From positions 3,819,502-3,883,501 of the forward strand of contig MU058059.1 in NCBI GenBank assembly GCA_013265495.1: a stretch of DNA of 64,000 bases, written 5' to 3'. Source of the stretch: Vicugna vicugna (lineage: Eukaryota). Both the position numbers and the translations under genes were made by a program. The notes beneath the pieces are model-generated. The model ran no database searches. It worked only from the letters and a program-made list of their open reading frames with translations, and was not told the DNA's origin. The stretch's first letter is position 1; every line of letters begins with the position of its first letter. Shown in pieces: positions 12,466-24,325 of the stretch.

Positions 12466-14089
12466 CATGAATTTGTGATCTGGACCTGGGCTTGGATTTC
12501 CTTCTCTTGATAAAGAAGCTCTTGTTTTTTTGTGGTTGCACAAACCTAGGAGCAAGATGGAAGTTACCCGCTTATCCATTCCAGTCCCAGTTCCTGCTCC
12601 TTTCACCACAATATTACAAGAAAAGTTACACTGACTATAAGCCACCTTGTAGGGAATGGCGAGGCCCACGTTCTTCACTTTAGCGAACAGCTTATGTTTA
12701 GCTGTTCTTTGTGTCTGTACCTGGGAGTAAAATATTTCTCTCCAAGACCAAGCCTGAGACAAGTGGAGCCCTTGAAACCATGTCCCTGATGAGACCTCAT
12801 CTGTGTGCAGGGAGGCCCCAGAACGCCCCAGGCAGACACAAGCTGACACAGAGGACCGCCATCCTGGGAAAATAAACCGCAGAGAGAAAGCCAGCCTGGC
12901 CTGAGAGTAGCCCCGCCAGGGGACTGGACGATGAATTAGTTTTGCAGTCTCACAGTGAGGCTGCTGGGTCCTGACGCACAGACACTTTTTATCCATGTTG
13001 ATAAAAGCCCAGTCCCGGGGGCCCCCACATCTCTGGGCTTTGAGCTCGTGGTGTGGGTGGAGGGGAGGAAGCTGTGGGGGGAGCTGGCTGAGGGACAATG
13101 TAGCCTCTCCAGCAACAGTCTGGAAACTCCTGACCGCCAAGTTGCACTGACTTGGTCCGTCTGCGCCTCCCGGTGGGGAGGTGGCCGGGGGGCCCTTTGT
13201 CCATCAGACCATAAGGCCCGGCTCTCCTCTCGGCCTTTGTTCTGGGGCTCCCAGCATCTGTGTCCACTAGAGGTACCTGGGGGAGCAGTTATGGAGAAAT
13301 TCCCAGACATTGCCCCTACAGCTCTGGATTCAGTAAGCCTCACATTTTTAATAAACACCATGCGTTACCCTGACCTCGTCTGTCTAGTTCCCAAATATGA
13401 CACGTGGCCTTACAAAGAAGGAGCTCCTCGAGGGAGAGGAAAGTAGATTCCAAATTAGTCAGCGTTCCTCCTTGTTGGCGAGGCTGAAAACGCCGGCGGA
13501 CGCGTCTGACAATGGATTTTAATTCCTGATGGGTTTCCTCTCCCGTCCAAATCGAGCTAATGCATCGGCATGAAATTCATCGATCTTTTATGTTATTGCC
13601 CATGTGTTTACATTGGGCTTCATTCCAGAGGGAATTTTAAAGCCTCTGAAAACTGTATCATATGTAAGCTGAAGGAAAATTGATAATAAAAGACTGGGGA
13701 AAACGTGAACTAAAAGGCAAAACTGCTCACCTCAAAAAGAGAAACGGTCATCGTTAAGAAGAAACATTTCAACCTGATTCTCCCTCTTCATTACCTCATA
13801 AAATGGGGTCATGTGTGCCCTTTACAGTGATTTCATAGCATCATCACTATGACCTAAATGTTCCAAAAACTTTACAAATTCAAAAAAACCCATAACTTTT
13901 GGTAGAGAACCAATACATCATCAGCAAGAAAACTGGAAAATAAAGACACGTATAAACGGTCGAAGGCTGTCAGCTGCAGTGCTCAGCTGTGCCCCTGCAG
14001 TGTGGGGCACACGTGACTGTCCCCGAGGGTAGACTGGATGGATCGTAACTGAGATTACGCTACGGTAAGTTTTTCTTAAAATTCTGCTT

Positions 14090-14355
14090 AAATGAAATGT
14101 TCGAAATAGGCAAATATATGGAGAAAGGAAGTAGATTAGTGGTTGCCTGGGACTGGGGAGCGGGGAGGAGAGGAGAGGGGAGGAAAGTGACTGCGGCTGG
14201 GTAGAAAGAAAATTGTGTTAGAGTGAAAACAGTGTTCTAAAATTATTGTGATGATTGAGCCACTCTGTAACTCTATTAAAAACTGTTGAATTGTACACTT
14301 TAATTAAGTGAACTTTATGGTATGTTAATGATATATCAATAAAGCTGTTAAAAAT
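14090..14355 (+). mobile_element. Old L1 (L1MB/L1MC-like) 3' end
   Basis: AATAGGCAAATATATGGAG...AGATTAGTGGTTGCCTGGG...TTGAATTGTACACTTT...ATATCAATAAAGCTGTTAAAA is a characteristic L1MB/MC 3'UTR. Confidence 0.85.
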
Positions 14356-14659
14356 ATTTCAGTTAGCGGCCTACCAAGATTTCACAAAATAAATTCCATA
14401 TTTTCTTTGGAATTTTCTTCCACCACCTGATGTTGAAATGAATATTAGTGTATGTTAGTTTGTTATATAAATTTTGGGCTTGTAAGGGTGATTACTTTGA
14501 TCCAGTTTGAAAAGTTTACTAAGTATTTTAATAAAATATGTCCTTCCAGAAAAGAAAAAGCCACTTGCTGAATGAACTTATTTAACAATACATATGGACA
14601 CATCCATCCATCCGTCCTCCCATCCATCTGCCGTCTACCATCACTCTAGCATATCATAG

Positions 14660-16310
14660 GCTCTTGCTTTGCTACCTAGTCGGCCACTCTGCGTGTTGGT
14701 TGGCGCGTCGGTCCGTCGACCATCTATGGTGGTGGTTGGCAGGTGCACGTTTGCTGCCCCTCCACACTCACATTCCTTGGCTCTGGGCTTAGGGGTCTTG
14801 TTATCTACTGCGGTCTTGAGGGGCTTTTTCTTGATGTGGGAGTGTCCCCGTGCAGACTGCGTGCGTCTGATGATTTTGTCGAGGAGGCTGTTTTTAGTGT
14901 GGATGGCTGCCTCGTCTTTCTCCTCTGCGTGTTGGCTGTTGTCCCTTTGATTGGGGGTGTGGTCAGTGGTGCGGTGACCAGAGCCTGCCCTGGTTGCTGA
15001 GCAGGGCCCCTTTTTTGTTCTGTGGTTGTCACAGCCATGATAGGGGCCAGGTCTGACCCCTGTTGCTGGAATGGAGGCTTCTAGACCCGTTTCTGAGCTG
15101 TGGTGTGTGGCAGGCGGGGTGGGAGTGCTTCGGCTGGGAAGAAGAGCTGCTGAGTATTCCTCCGCAGGAGATGTCGGCCACTAAGTGCCCTCTGTGGTGT
15201 TGTCGCCCACTTGTTAGGCGGGCTTACAAAGTACTTTGCTGACGCTGCCTTTGTCCCTGCCTTAGCTAGGGAAATGTCAGCCACCCGCCCTGGTGTCCCC
15301 TGGAGCCACCAGTGCAGATCCACTGGTACTAGGCACTAGGACCCGCCATCGAGCATGTGCTGGATCCGCTGTGTGCCACAGGGTCAGCACAGCCCCCAGC
15401 CCTGCATATGTGTACAGCCCACTGTTAAAGCCAGACCCGCCCTCACTGCACGCGAGAACTCTGCTTGCTCATCTTAGCAGCGCAGGTCCACAAAGTCACC
15501 AGCAGAGCAAATTCGCCACTGCTGCCTGGGGCTGGAATCAAATCTCAGCCCTGCCTGTGAGATTGCAGGCCCCTGGGTACAGATTCAGGTTTCAGCCCCT
15601 CCTCCCCCAGGGAGCCACGCACCAGGGATCGTGTCCCTCAGGAGCAAGCCAAGAAGATGGCTGGGTCTTAACCCCGCCTCTCTTCTTAGGAGAATGCGTG
15701 CCAACAGTGGTGCCCAGCAACACCCTCTGGGGTAGTGGAGACGGCGACCATGGCCTGCCTGCGAGCGCCCCTCCCCACCTCATGCGCCAGCAGTGGTGCT
15801 TTTTAATGGGGGTCCAAGGCTGTTCTGTTCTGCACACTCCCAGCCACAGCCCGCACCCCCCACCCATACTGCACCCCCTGAGGCTGCCTCTTCCCAGTTG
15901 GCCCTGGTCCTCTCCCCTGGCTCGTCCACAGAAGCCTGAGACACCCCCCATCCCCCTGGCTGGCATCGCGGGCCAGGGATCATGGGGACCCTCTGCCGGT
16001 TCCCCCAGGTCCTTCCGCTGAGCAGCTGCTGCTTGCCCCTCCAAGCCTTGGAAGCCCCCTTCCTGCCCTTGCTGACTCCCCTGCTGGAGAGGGTGCGTCC
16101 CTCCCCGTGGGAGAGGTCCTGTGCTGATTTCCTGTTTCTTTTTTTTTTTCTCCTCCGACCCGTTTTTGTGCGAAATTTTCTTGTATTCCTGAAGCAAGAG
16201 ATACTCTGCCAGAGCTCAGTGGGTGTTCTGTGTGCACTGATCAGTCTGTAGCTGTAATTCTTGGTGTGTTGGTGAAGATGAGCTCCGGTCCTTCTGCTCT
16301 GCCTTCTTGG
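14660..16310 (-). mobile_element. LINE-1 5'UTR / internal-promoter fragment with no adjoining ORF1
   Basis: The right end (GTAATTCTTGGTGTGTTGGTGAAGATGAGCTCCGGTCCTTCTGCTCTGCCTTCTTGGCC) resembles the reverse complement of a laurasiatherian L1 5' terminus. The body contains L1M 5'-end-like text (GTGACCAGAGCCTGCCCTGG, TTTTGTTCTGTGGTTGTCACAGCC). Confidence 0.65.
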
Positions 16311-17930
16311 CCTTCCCCTCCAGCAAGCACCTTTGAGGGGAGGTGCCGAAGCAGGGATAGAATCCCAGAATTTCAAAAGATCTGTGGCCATCTTTATAGT
16401 TCTGTCACTTTATGGACAGGAGAATTGACCCCTAGGGGTTCAGTGATTTGATCGAGGGAGTGAGTATAGGGCAAAGCGGGAGCCTCTGAACACACGAACT
16501 CGTGTGTAGAGCACAGCAACAGAATCGTTTTCTCTCTTGAGGCATATTTATGAAGCAGATTTTCTGGGAGAGTTCCAAACATAGGTACTTTTATTCTCTT
16601 CCAAAGGCCATTTAAAATGTAAAAGTATACAGATTTATTTTTATTCCTTTGTTAAGGCTTATAAAAAATAAATTCCTAAGTCAAAAGTGGTGTTTCTCTA
16701 AAGCATGTTTTTGATTCCTTTGTCAGGCCATATTTTTGGTTTATAAAATGCAGTCACCATAACCACATTCTTCTCAAAAAGAGTAGGTGGTTGAGGCTTT
16801 GGAGTTCCCTGTCCTTGGCGCTGCCAATATCATTAACTTGCTAAACCTGAACTTCTGCTTTAATTACTCCCTGCCTCTCTCAGCCCCTTCATTATTAACA
16901 GCAATTAAATGGCAGAGGTGACATCATCGTTCTGACATCTGGAAGATATCACCACTCGCCTCCTTTCTCCTAGCCCAGCCCCAGTCCAGGCTGAGCGGGA
17001 CCCCAGCGTAGGGTCTGCGAGGGCAGGATGTCCAGGCTGGGGCAGCCCAGGGAGCTGGCCAGCCCGGGGCCATGGGCTTCTCCCTGCCTGACAATGGTCA
17101 TCCAGCCTCGGGGCCTCGGACTCTCGCCTGTGAAACCAGACAGTCTGCAGTATCTGTGCTTCTCAGTCCCGGATACTCAAGCCTGGGGACCCGCGAAGAC
17201 TCAGAGGAATACGTCGAATGGTCTTCCTGGAAAGTCATCATTTGATAGAAATGGAAAACATTATTATTTCATTAAAACATTCAGATGTATGAAAGAGCAG
17301 CATGACAAATTTACAAAAGTATGAAAGCTAAAATATGACTTTCCAAAAAAAAAGTCCTATATTCAGCAAAAACTTCTCCTTAAAGCAGAGCTGGCTAAGC
17401 AGCTGTGAGCACGCTGTTCTCACTCAGAAGCCCGAAGATCCTGCACAGATAGGATGAGCCTTGAGCAAAGGCCCTGAGGAAGGTCTGATTTGATTAAAGA
17501 ACAGTCACCCCCAGAAAGCCTGAAAGGCATTAGTCGCCCTCTAAGTAAGCTGAGATCTGGGTTCCCATCCAAGGGAAAAGCCCCTCCCTGGTGAGGGGCA
17601 CCGCCTGCCGCTCCTGGCCCTCGGCTCACTTCCCTCCAGTCCTGCTACTGGGACCGCGGGGGTCTCGGCTCCCAGCCTGTGAGCCTCCCTTGGGCAGCCG
17701 CCCTGCCCTCCACACCTGCTGCTCGGCCCGCAGGTCCTCCAGCCTCTTCCTGTCTTGTATGTGTGCTTTCATTCTTTTGCACGGCAGTCTGTGCGTGTTT
17801 GCTTGCTTCTAAACTTTGCTGTGATGATGGTACGTATCACTGTGCCCTGTTTCTCATAAGGCTGTTCTTATCTTGATGGCAAGGACCTTGTGGAAATTAT
17901 CTGTGGTCACTGTCATATTCCATCGTATGC

Positions 17931-18367
17931 TGTGGTGGATATTCACAGCAATTTCTCCGTGCTCCTTTGCAGTGAGCCTTTGGCCTGCCCCCTTCAAGAG
18001 GGGGCATGTATTTTATTTCCCTAGAATTTGGGCTGCTTTGTATCTGGCAGAAGGTGGTGGAGTTGATGTTATGAGACTTGGGGGCTTCAGGAAGGCCGGT
18101 ACCTCTGTTCCCCCTCTTAGGATGCCCCAGGAGGGCCAGGTGGGGACGCTGGCCGAGCTCTAGGGGATGAGAGCCCGCAGCCAGTTCTGACGACCAGGCG
18201 TCGGTGTGTCACCTGTGACCGACCACCTTGTCTGCTCTCTCAGTGCAGAGCAGAGGGAAACCAGGGGACATCCACCAACCCAAAGAACTGTGAGAAATAC
18301 TGAATAGCTATTGTTTTAAGCCACAGTGTTTCAGGGTGCTTGGTGGTGCAGTAAAGACTAACTGAAA
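17931..18367 (+). mobile_element. MaLR solo LTR, MLT1H/I-like
   Basis: Starts TGTGGTGGAT, contains CCCTTCAAGAGGGGG...GAATTTGGGCT and ends CTGTGAGAAAT...TTGTTTTAAGCCAC...CTAACTGAAA, as in MLT1 LTRs. Confidence 0.7.
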
Positions 18368-18539
18368 ATGACGGGAAATCTGTGAATTTGACACATGTCG
18401 AATCTCACCTACCAAACCCTGGGAAGCGTTCGCCCCAGCAGAGAGCTGAGCACTAGGGTGGGCTGACAGTGGAAGTGGGTGCGGGGACCCCACAGGAAGA
18501 GAGGAGGACAAGACGCGGGCCCCACGGTGCAGCCACTGA

Positions 18540-18615
18540 CAAGACTATCGTCTCTCTGCAGAATGAGGAAACTGGGGCTGGAGACGTTGGCTGTACGGGG
18601 ACACTGGCAACCACG
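18540..18615 (-). mobile_element. MIR fragment
   Basis: CAGAATGAGGAAACTGGGGCT matches the MIR core. Confidence 0.5.
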
Positions 18616-18964
18616 ACCTTATCCCGGACGGACACGACCTGACGTCTCTGCTGCTTTCCCTTATGGGAAAAGCATAAGGGAAAGCCGCGTGGCCTCTTAT
18701 CTCTTGATTTGCTTGTCTGTAAGACAAGCGAGTTTCTCAATGACGGTGCTGTGGTCACACAGCCGGATCCCCCTCATCTCAGGCACGCAGGGCTCGCTCT
18801 ATGCAACACAGCTTCCAAGCGCCTGATGGGGTCGCAGGGGCTGAGTTCCGAGTGGGCACTGTCTCCTTCCCCTTCTGACACCAGAGGCCTCACTCTTTCC
18901 TCCTGTATTTCACTTTTTATCCCTAATGTTCTGCCTGGAAAACTCTGAAGAACAGACTTTATCT

Positions 18965-19540
18965 CATGTCTGTTCATACTTGTGTAATCAACTAAGCACT
19001 AGGCATCCAGGTCTGTCCCAGGATACTGTGACGAGGTGACCGGATGTGCACCTGTAGGGGAGACACTGACGGCACAGATGTGTCTGTAAGTGTCCACCAT
19101 ACTCAGTGCGGGAGGAGGAGGACCGCCTCCAGGAAGGGGAGGACAGGGGGTCGACCCGGCACCGGACTGGCCAAGGGGAGGCTCCTGAAAAAGAGCCTCT
19201 GAGCTGAGAGGAGGCGTCAGCTAGGGAAAGGGCGCGTGAGACAAGCAGGGCCTGTTCCAGTCGGACGGACAGCCACTTCAAAGATCCGTAAGTCAGAAGG
19301 GTCTGGAACTTTACAGGAGCTGAAAGAAAGGTCACGCAGCTGGAGGGCAGAGAGCAAGGTGCAGCTGGCATGAGGGAGACCAGAGGCGAGGCCAGGCCCG
19401 GTCCCAGAGGCCTGGGCGCCATGCTAGAGATGGTCTTCATGCCACAAAGAGGGAAGCCTTTGCAGAATTCCGAGTGGGGCAGTGACATAAACATGGTGGT
19501 GTTAACTGAGAGGGCTGCTGGCGCCTTGGTTCTGCAGGAA
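18965..19540 (-). mobile_element. LINE-2 fragment
   Basis: Purine-rich reverse L2 text (CTGAGCTGAGA...GTTCCAG...AGCTGGAGGGCAGAGAGC...GGCCAGG...CCATGCTAGAG...GCAGTGACAT). Confidence 0.55.
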
Positions 19541-20829
19541 ACAGCAGGATGATGCGTTAGTGATCTTGGACGTGATCTTGCAGGGTAAGAAGCACTGGCC
19601 ACTCGCACAAAGGCCAGGCTGTTCTGCCCTGGCACATAGTACAAGCACCAAGCAAGGATTTGCTCAACAAATGAAGGAAGAAAGAGATGATTCTTCACTG
19701 CAAACTTTCAAGCCCCTTGATGGCTGGCCCAGGAAGGAATCTGAGCGTGACTTCTCCAGTTATGTCAACAAGGGGCAACTCATGCAGCCTGTGGTTAGAG
19801 ACTGGCCTGACGTCACGGGCAGTAAGAGAAATGGGGATGTCCTGTGTCCAGAATTCCCAGAACTCTCCAGGAAGCACGTGAACTTTTCTTCAGTGTCTGC
19901 CTCCCCCGGTCTCTCTTTTGTATGCTGTCGTCTGTTTACACGGTGCTCAGAGACCCTGAGGTGCACAGCATTGTGGAGATGCTGGAGCCTCTTCCCCTGT
20001 TTCTCTTTCTCGGGTGGCTGGGCTCCTTTGATGCTCGTTTCCATCCTGAAGCCAGTTTTCCTCAGTGGGGATCGCTGTCATTTAAAAGAGCCATTTATTG
20101 CTTAAAAAGCAAAGACATTTGGGTGCCCATTCTCGCAAACAGAAGTCACGGCTGGGAAATGAAGGAAGGGACCTTTTTCAGACATCTTTTTACAAGTTCT
20201 CCTTGGAGAGGCCACACTTTTCCTTGCTTCCTGCGTGAGACCAAGTGCACAGACAGGGAAACATGCAGATAGACATTATGGGGAGAAATCCACTAAAAAT
20301 AAACACAGCTCGTTCTACTATATATTTTTAAAGGTTCATCTGTGTAATTCAAGATCTGTCATTTAGAAGTGGCTCCACTCAAGGCCGCAGGGCATTACAG
20401 CCCAGCTGCTGCGCAGTGAGTCACCACTCAGAGCAGGTTGGTCGGAGGCCATGTCAGAAGACACCTACATTTCTCTTTGAAGTGCATTCCTTCAATAATG
20501 AAAGGGGTGAAGAGTTTAAAGTCACCATTTAATGATATTCTGGAATGTTCTCTTAGAATAAACCCTCAGAAAATGCTCCCAGGGCTTCAGAGACTTAAGT
20601 GTAGGGAGGGCCAGGAGGACAGCGAGAGGGCCTCTCCTGGGTCCCGAGGAGCTGAGGGCCTTCTGCACTTGGTAACTTAACCTCAGACAAACCAAAAAAG
20701 AAGCAAAGGAAAGCTTTACCTCAGCATTAGGCATATGGTTGGCATTTACCAAGTGTTTGTTAATAGTAATGACTTATTTATGCCAAACCTCCCTACCACG
20801 CCCCTCCCCATCAGAGCAAATTGGAGCAG

Positions 20830-21530
20830 ATCCAAACCCCGCAGCGAGCCAGCGGGTGTCGGCGCCCCAGTGGGCAGCGCAGGGCTTTGGAGCAGCCGCT
20901 CACCCTCAGTGTGTCCTCCCGGCCCCCTCGCCCCACTCTGCGCCCCCTCATCCAGCCCGGTGTCCGTGGGAGGCCCTCGCCCCGTCTCCTTCATTCATAC
21001 CTCTGCCCAGCTTTCAGCGTCCTTCATAAGGTAAACGGGGATCTCCCCGGGTTCTTCCTCTCGAGAGCTCGAGACGGGGGAAAGGACTCAGCCGCCGCTC
21101 CAGCGAGAGGTGGTGCTGGGAGCGCTGGTTACCTGCCCACCTCCCTTCGCCTCTGCTGGGGAGCTCGGCGCCCTGCCCCAGGCCGCCTCCCAGCCTCCTT
21201 CTCTGTGGTACATGAGATGCTTTCCTGCTTCCAGCCCTGATTACCTCGGCGAGTGTCCAGCCCTCGGGACATCATCGCCCAGCACGTTTCTCCAAGTTCG
21301 CAGCTGAGTGACGAGGCCACAGGTTCTTCACATTTAAGTCTCTTGGATAAGCACAAGGGCCTAACGGCCTGGTCCGATGAGGCGGCCACACGTTCACCAG
21401 GCCGCCGGTATTCGTCCTCCCTCTCCGCACCCCCGGGGCGAGGGCTGTCTTGGAAACATCAGCCCTCCAGCACTTCTGACTTACTCTCGTCCCGGGGCAC
21501 AGGAAGTCACAGCCGGCTCGTGGGTGAAGC
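20830..21530. promoter_or_regulatory. CpG-dense, GC-rich patch (CpG-island-like)
   Basis: CpGs visibly dense, ETS-type CAGGAAGT at 21500-21507, and minus-strand donors at 21131-21132 and 21483-21484. The CpG obs/exp ratio was not computed. Confidence 0.45.
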
Positions 21531-21584
21531 ACTGACAGTGTTCAGTACTTTTCCACGGCTGCTTTGCGGAGAGTTATTTTTTTC

Positions 21585-22160
21585 CCCATGAACTGGTAAT
21601 GAGCTTTATTAAATGTATTTTATATACCTGTTGATATGGTCATTTTTTCCTCTGTTATCCTATTGATGTAGTGAATTACATCGTTTCATTTTCAAATGTT
21701 AAACTCTCTCTGCGCCCCAGAACAAACCCAACGTGCTTCTGATGGATTATCATTTTTATACCCTTGCTAATATTCACCATAGATTTCAAAGTATTCCATC
21801 TACCATGAAACATAGACAATTAAAAGTGTCGCTAACACTTTATTTAGGTCTTTGGCATTTTTTGTTTTTAAGGATGGCATGCCTAAAATTTTCTTTCTTA
21901 CCAGTGTCCTTGTCGGGTTTTGTTATTAGTGATTCTGGGTTCATAAAATGAGCCAGGAAGTAGGCCCTTCTTTATATTTTCTGGAAAAGTTTCTGTAAGA
22001 TTGGTGAGAAGAATCTTCCAGTAAGTCCTCCTGGGCCTGGAGATTTGGGGGAATGTGTTTAATTACAAATTCAAGTTCTTTACTAAAAATAGTACTAGTC
22101 TGGTGTTCTACTTCTTCTAGAATCTGCTTTTGGCAAGTCGTATTTTTCAAGTCGTATTAT
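21585..22160 (-). mobile_element. Ancient L1 ORF2 fragment
   Basis: AT-rich reverse L1 ORF2 text (TTGATATGGTCATTTTT..., TGTCGGGTTTTGTTATTAG...TCATAAAATGAG, CCTCCTGGGCCTGGAG). Confidence 0.7.
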
Positions 22161-22939
22161 CTAAGGGGAAAACTATGTGGAAAGTGAAGGTTGGCATGAC
22201 ATCAAAGATAACCGAATTTAATTATTGTTGCAAATGTCTGAGTGACCTGCTGATGGGCTGGTGCTGTTTGGGAGAGTAAAGCAGTAAAGACTCGTGTAAT
22301 TAATAAATCATTATACATCTATTTCCTGAAACTTAATTTGCTTGCCTTCCTTCCAATGGAGTCACTGGGTATGTTGTTGAAGTTGCAGGTTTTATGTAAT
22401 TTGTGTTCAGTCATTAATGCCTAATGAAGCAAACTTTCTTGAGTCATTGTAGTTACTACACTGACTTTAATTTCAATTTGGAGGAACTATTCTGCCAAGA
22501 GAATAGTAACTGGAATGTCCATAAAAATGTTAAAGAAATTCATAGATTCAGATGCATCAACAATGTGACATATCATGATGCGTACATCGTAACGGGTTAT
22601 TTGTGATAAACTGTCTTTATCATAAACCATCTTGTGAAGTATTTTAATTTTACTATATAAATTACTATCATTTATATTACGATTTTCACCGCCTGTGTCC
22701 ACATAGTATTTCGGTTTTTCTTCTTCCGAATTTTAAAATTTTGAGTTATTGTGAAGACAGTTGAAAATAGCAATTATACTGCTCAATTTCTTTAATTAAG
22801 ATTATATTGTAGCTTGATCTTTAATGGCCAGAGTATAGTCTTATGGAAATTGTCTTTGGCATTCTTTGTGTGTGAATCTTTTTCTTTTCAGTCACGTGAA
22901 CATTTTCATTAAAAAAATTCTCTTACAGGCTATTGGAAT

Positions 22940-23195
22940 GCCAGCCATTGCAGATTTCACATACAGTTTCTTTTTTGCCCCAACATTTTGTCATTAATAG
23001 CTTCAGAGATAGCAAGTTGAAAGACTTTTCAATAGACACTGATATACCGCCCACCTTTCTCAACCTGGAAACTTTCACTGTCACTACATTATCTCATTTT
23101 GTCCATCTTCTCAGCCCCTTACACATGCACCAATTCATCTTATTTTTGATGCGTCATAAACTACAGATATCAGAACACTTCCCCTAAATACTTTA
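22940..23195 (-). mobile_element. Old L1 (L1MC/ME-like) 3'UTR fragment
   Basis: CAGATATCAGAACACTTCCCCTAAATACTT resembles the reverse L1MC4/ME 3' end. Confidence 0.5.
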
Positions 23196-23724
23196 TCACA
23201 CGAAATTTCTTTCAATTTTTAAGAACATATTTCTCCCCAAATGAACAGTTTTTAATACTTTGGAAAGTGAGACCATAGGAAACGGTTCATGCTGATTGTA
23301 ACTGTGAATATCACAGTTTAGAATTAAATTCATTTTATCCACAGACCATAAAGAGCTTTTCACTTGATGATACTCTGTTGTTTTCTTAACTCTTCCTATG
23401 CACACCATGTCATTTCTAAATGAAATCTGATTTTTAAAGCATTTTGTTGGTGTTCCCGTCGTATACCCAAAGTAGCCATAGTCATGTTCTGTGTGTTCCC
23501 TAGGGATGTTCCTTTTGGGAGGATTCAAAAAAAGTACCATAGATAATCACCCAGTGGTTTGGAAGAACGTCACCAGCACCTACGCAGTTGAGACCACAGC
23601 TTCTTGGTTCAGATTCATACTAGACACCTTATATTGGCAGAAGAATCTTTCTGGATTTCTGGCCAAAATTCTGGTGACACCTTTTCCTTTATCACCTGTG
23701 GCTCTCCACCCTCACAGGCTTTTC

Positions 23725-24325
23725 TGGGAGGCAGAACTCTAAGATGGGCCCCAAGATTCCTCCCCACCACCCAGTGCACATGCCCTGGATAAGATAATCT
23801 CCTCCCATTGGGTGTGGGAGAGAGTTGTGAATATAATGAGATTTCACTCTCGTGATTAGGCCAATTATGTGGGACAGATGAAGGGATTTTTCCAGAGGAA
23901 ATTAAGGTTACTAACCAGTTGACATTGAATTAACCAAAGGAGGGGATTATCCTGATTGGGCCTGACCTAATCAGGTGAGCCCTCAAAAGAAGCCAGAGAG
24001 ATAAGTAGCAGGTGCTGTTCTGTTGGCCTTGAAGAAGCAACCTGCATGTTGTAGGGAGGGCCACATGACGGGACCCCCTGGGCAGCCCCTAGGTCTGGGC
24101 GTTCAGTCCTGTAGTCCTAAGCAGCTGACTTCTGCCAACAACCTGTGAGCTGGAAGAGGACCCTGGGACCCGGACGAGGTCACTGCCCTGGCTGTCACCG
24201 TGACTGCAGGCTGGTGAGACCTTGAGCAGGGGACCCAGCTAGCATGTCTCCAGACACCTCACCTACGGAAACTAGGAGGTAATAAATCATCGTGATTGAT
24301 TATGCAACAACAGAAAACAAATACA
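23725..24325 (+). mobile_element. MaLR solo LTR, MLT1F/G-like
   Basis: Starts TGGGAGGCAGAACTCTAAGATGGGCCCCAAGATTCC, contains GATTATCCTGATTGGGCCTGACCTAATCAGGTGAGCCC and TTCTGCCAACAACCTGTGAGC, and ends CAACAACAGAAAACAAATACA. Confidence 0.85.

Noticed and set aside
11997-12510. His/Thr- or Cys/Val-rich ORFs, some containing X
   Set aside because: Translations of the CA repeat and the N gap.
12448-13140. 230-aa minus-strand ORF
   Set aside because: No recognisable domain, and it runs into the minisatellite.
13722-13830. Minus-strand donor GAG|GTGAGC with a putative exon
   Set aside because: Stops in all frames over the likely exon, and part of it is MIR-like.
15293-16391. Overlapping 201-242 aa ORFs on both strands
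   Set aside because: They lie in the GC-rich L1 5'UTR-like fragment and have the Pro/Gly/Arg/Ser-rich composition typical of non-coding GC-rich DNA.
16490-16507. ACACACGA/TCGTGTGT hairpin
   Set aside because: 8-bp arms are at chance level.
18988-19698. 236-aa minus-strand ORF
   Set aside because: Overlaps an L2 remnant and shows no protein-family motifs.
11450-19815. Two perfect CRE sites TGACGTCA (11450-11457 and 19808-19815)
   Set aside because: About one 8-mer match is expected by chance in this length, and neither has supporting promoter context.
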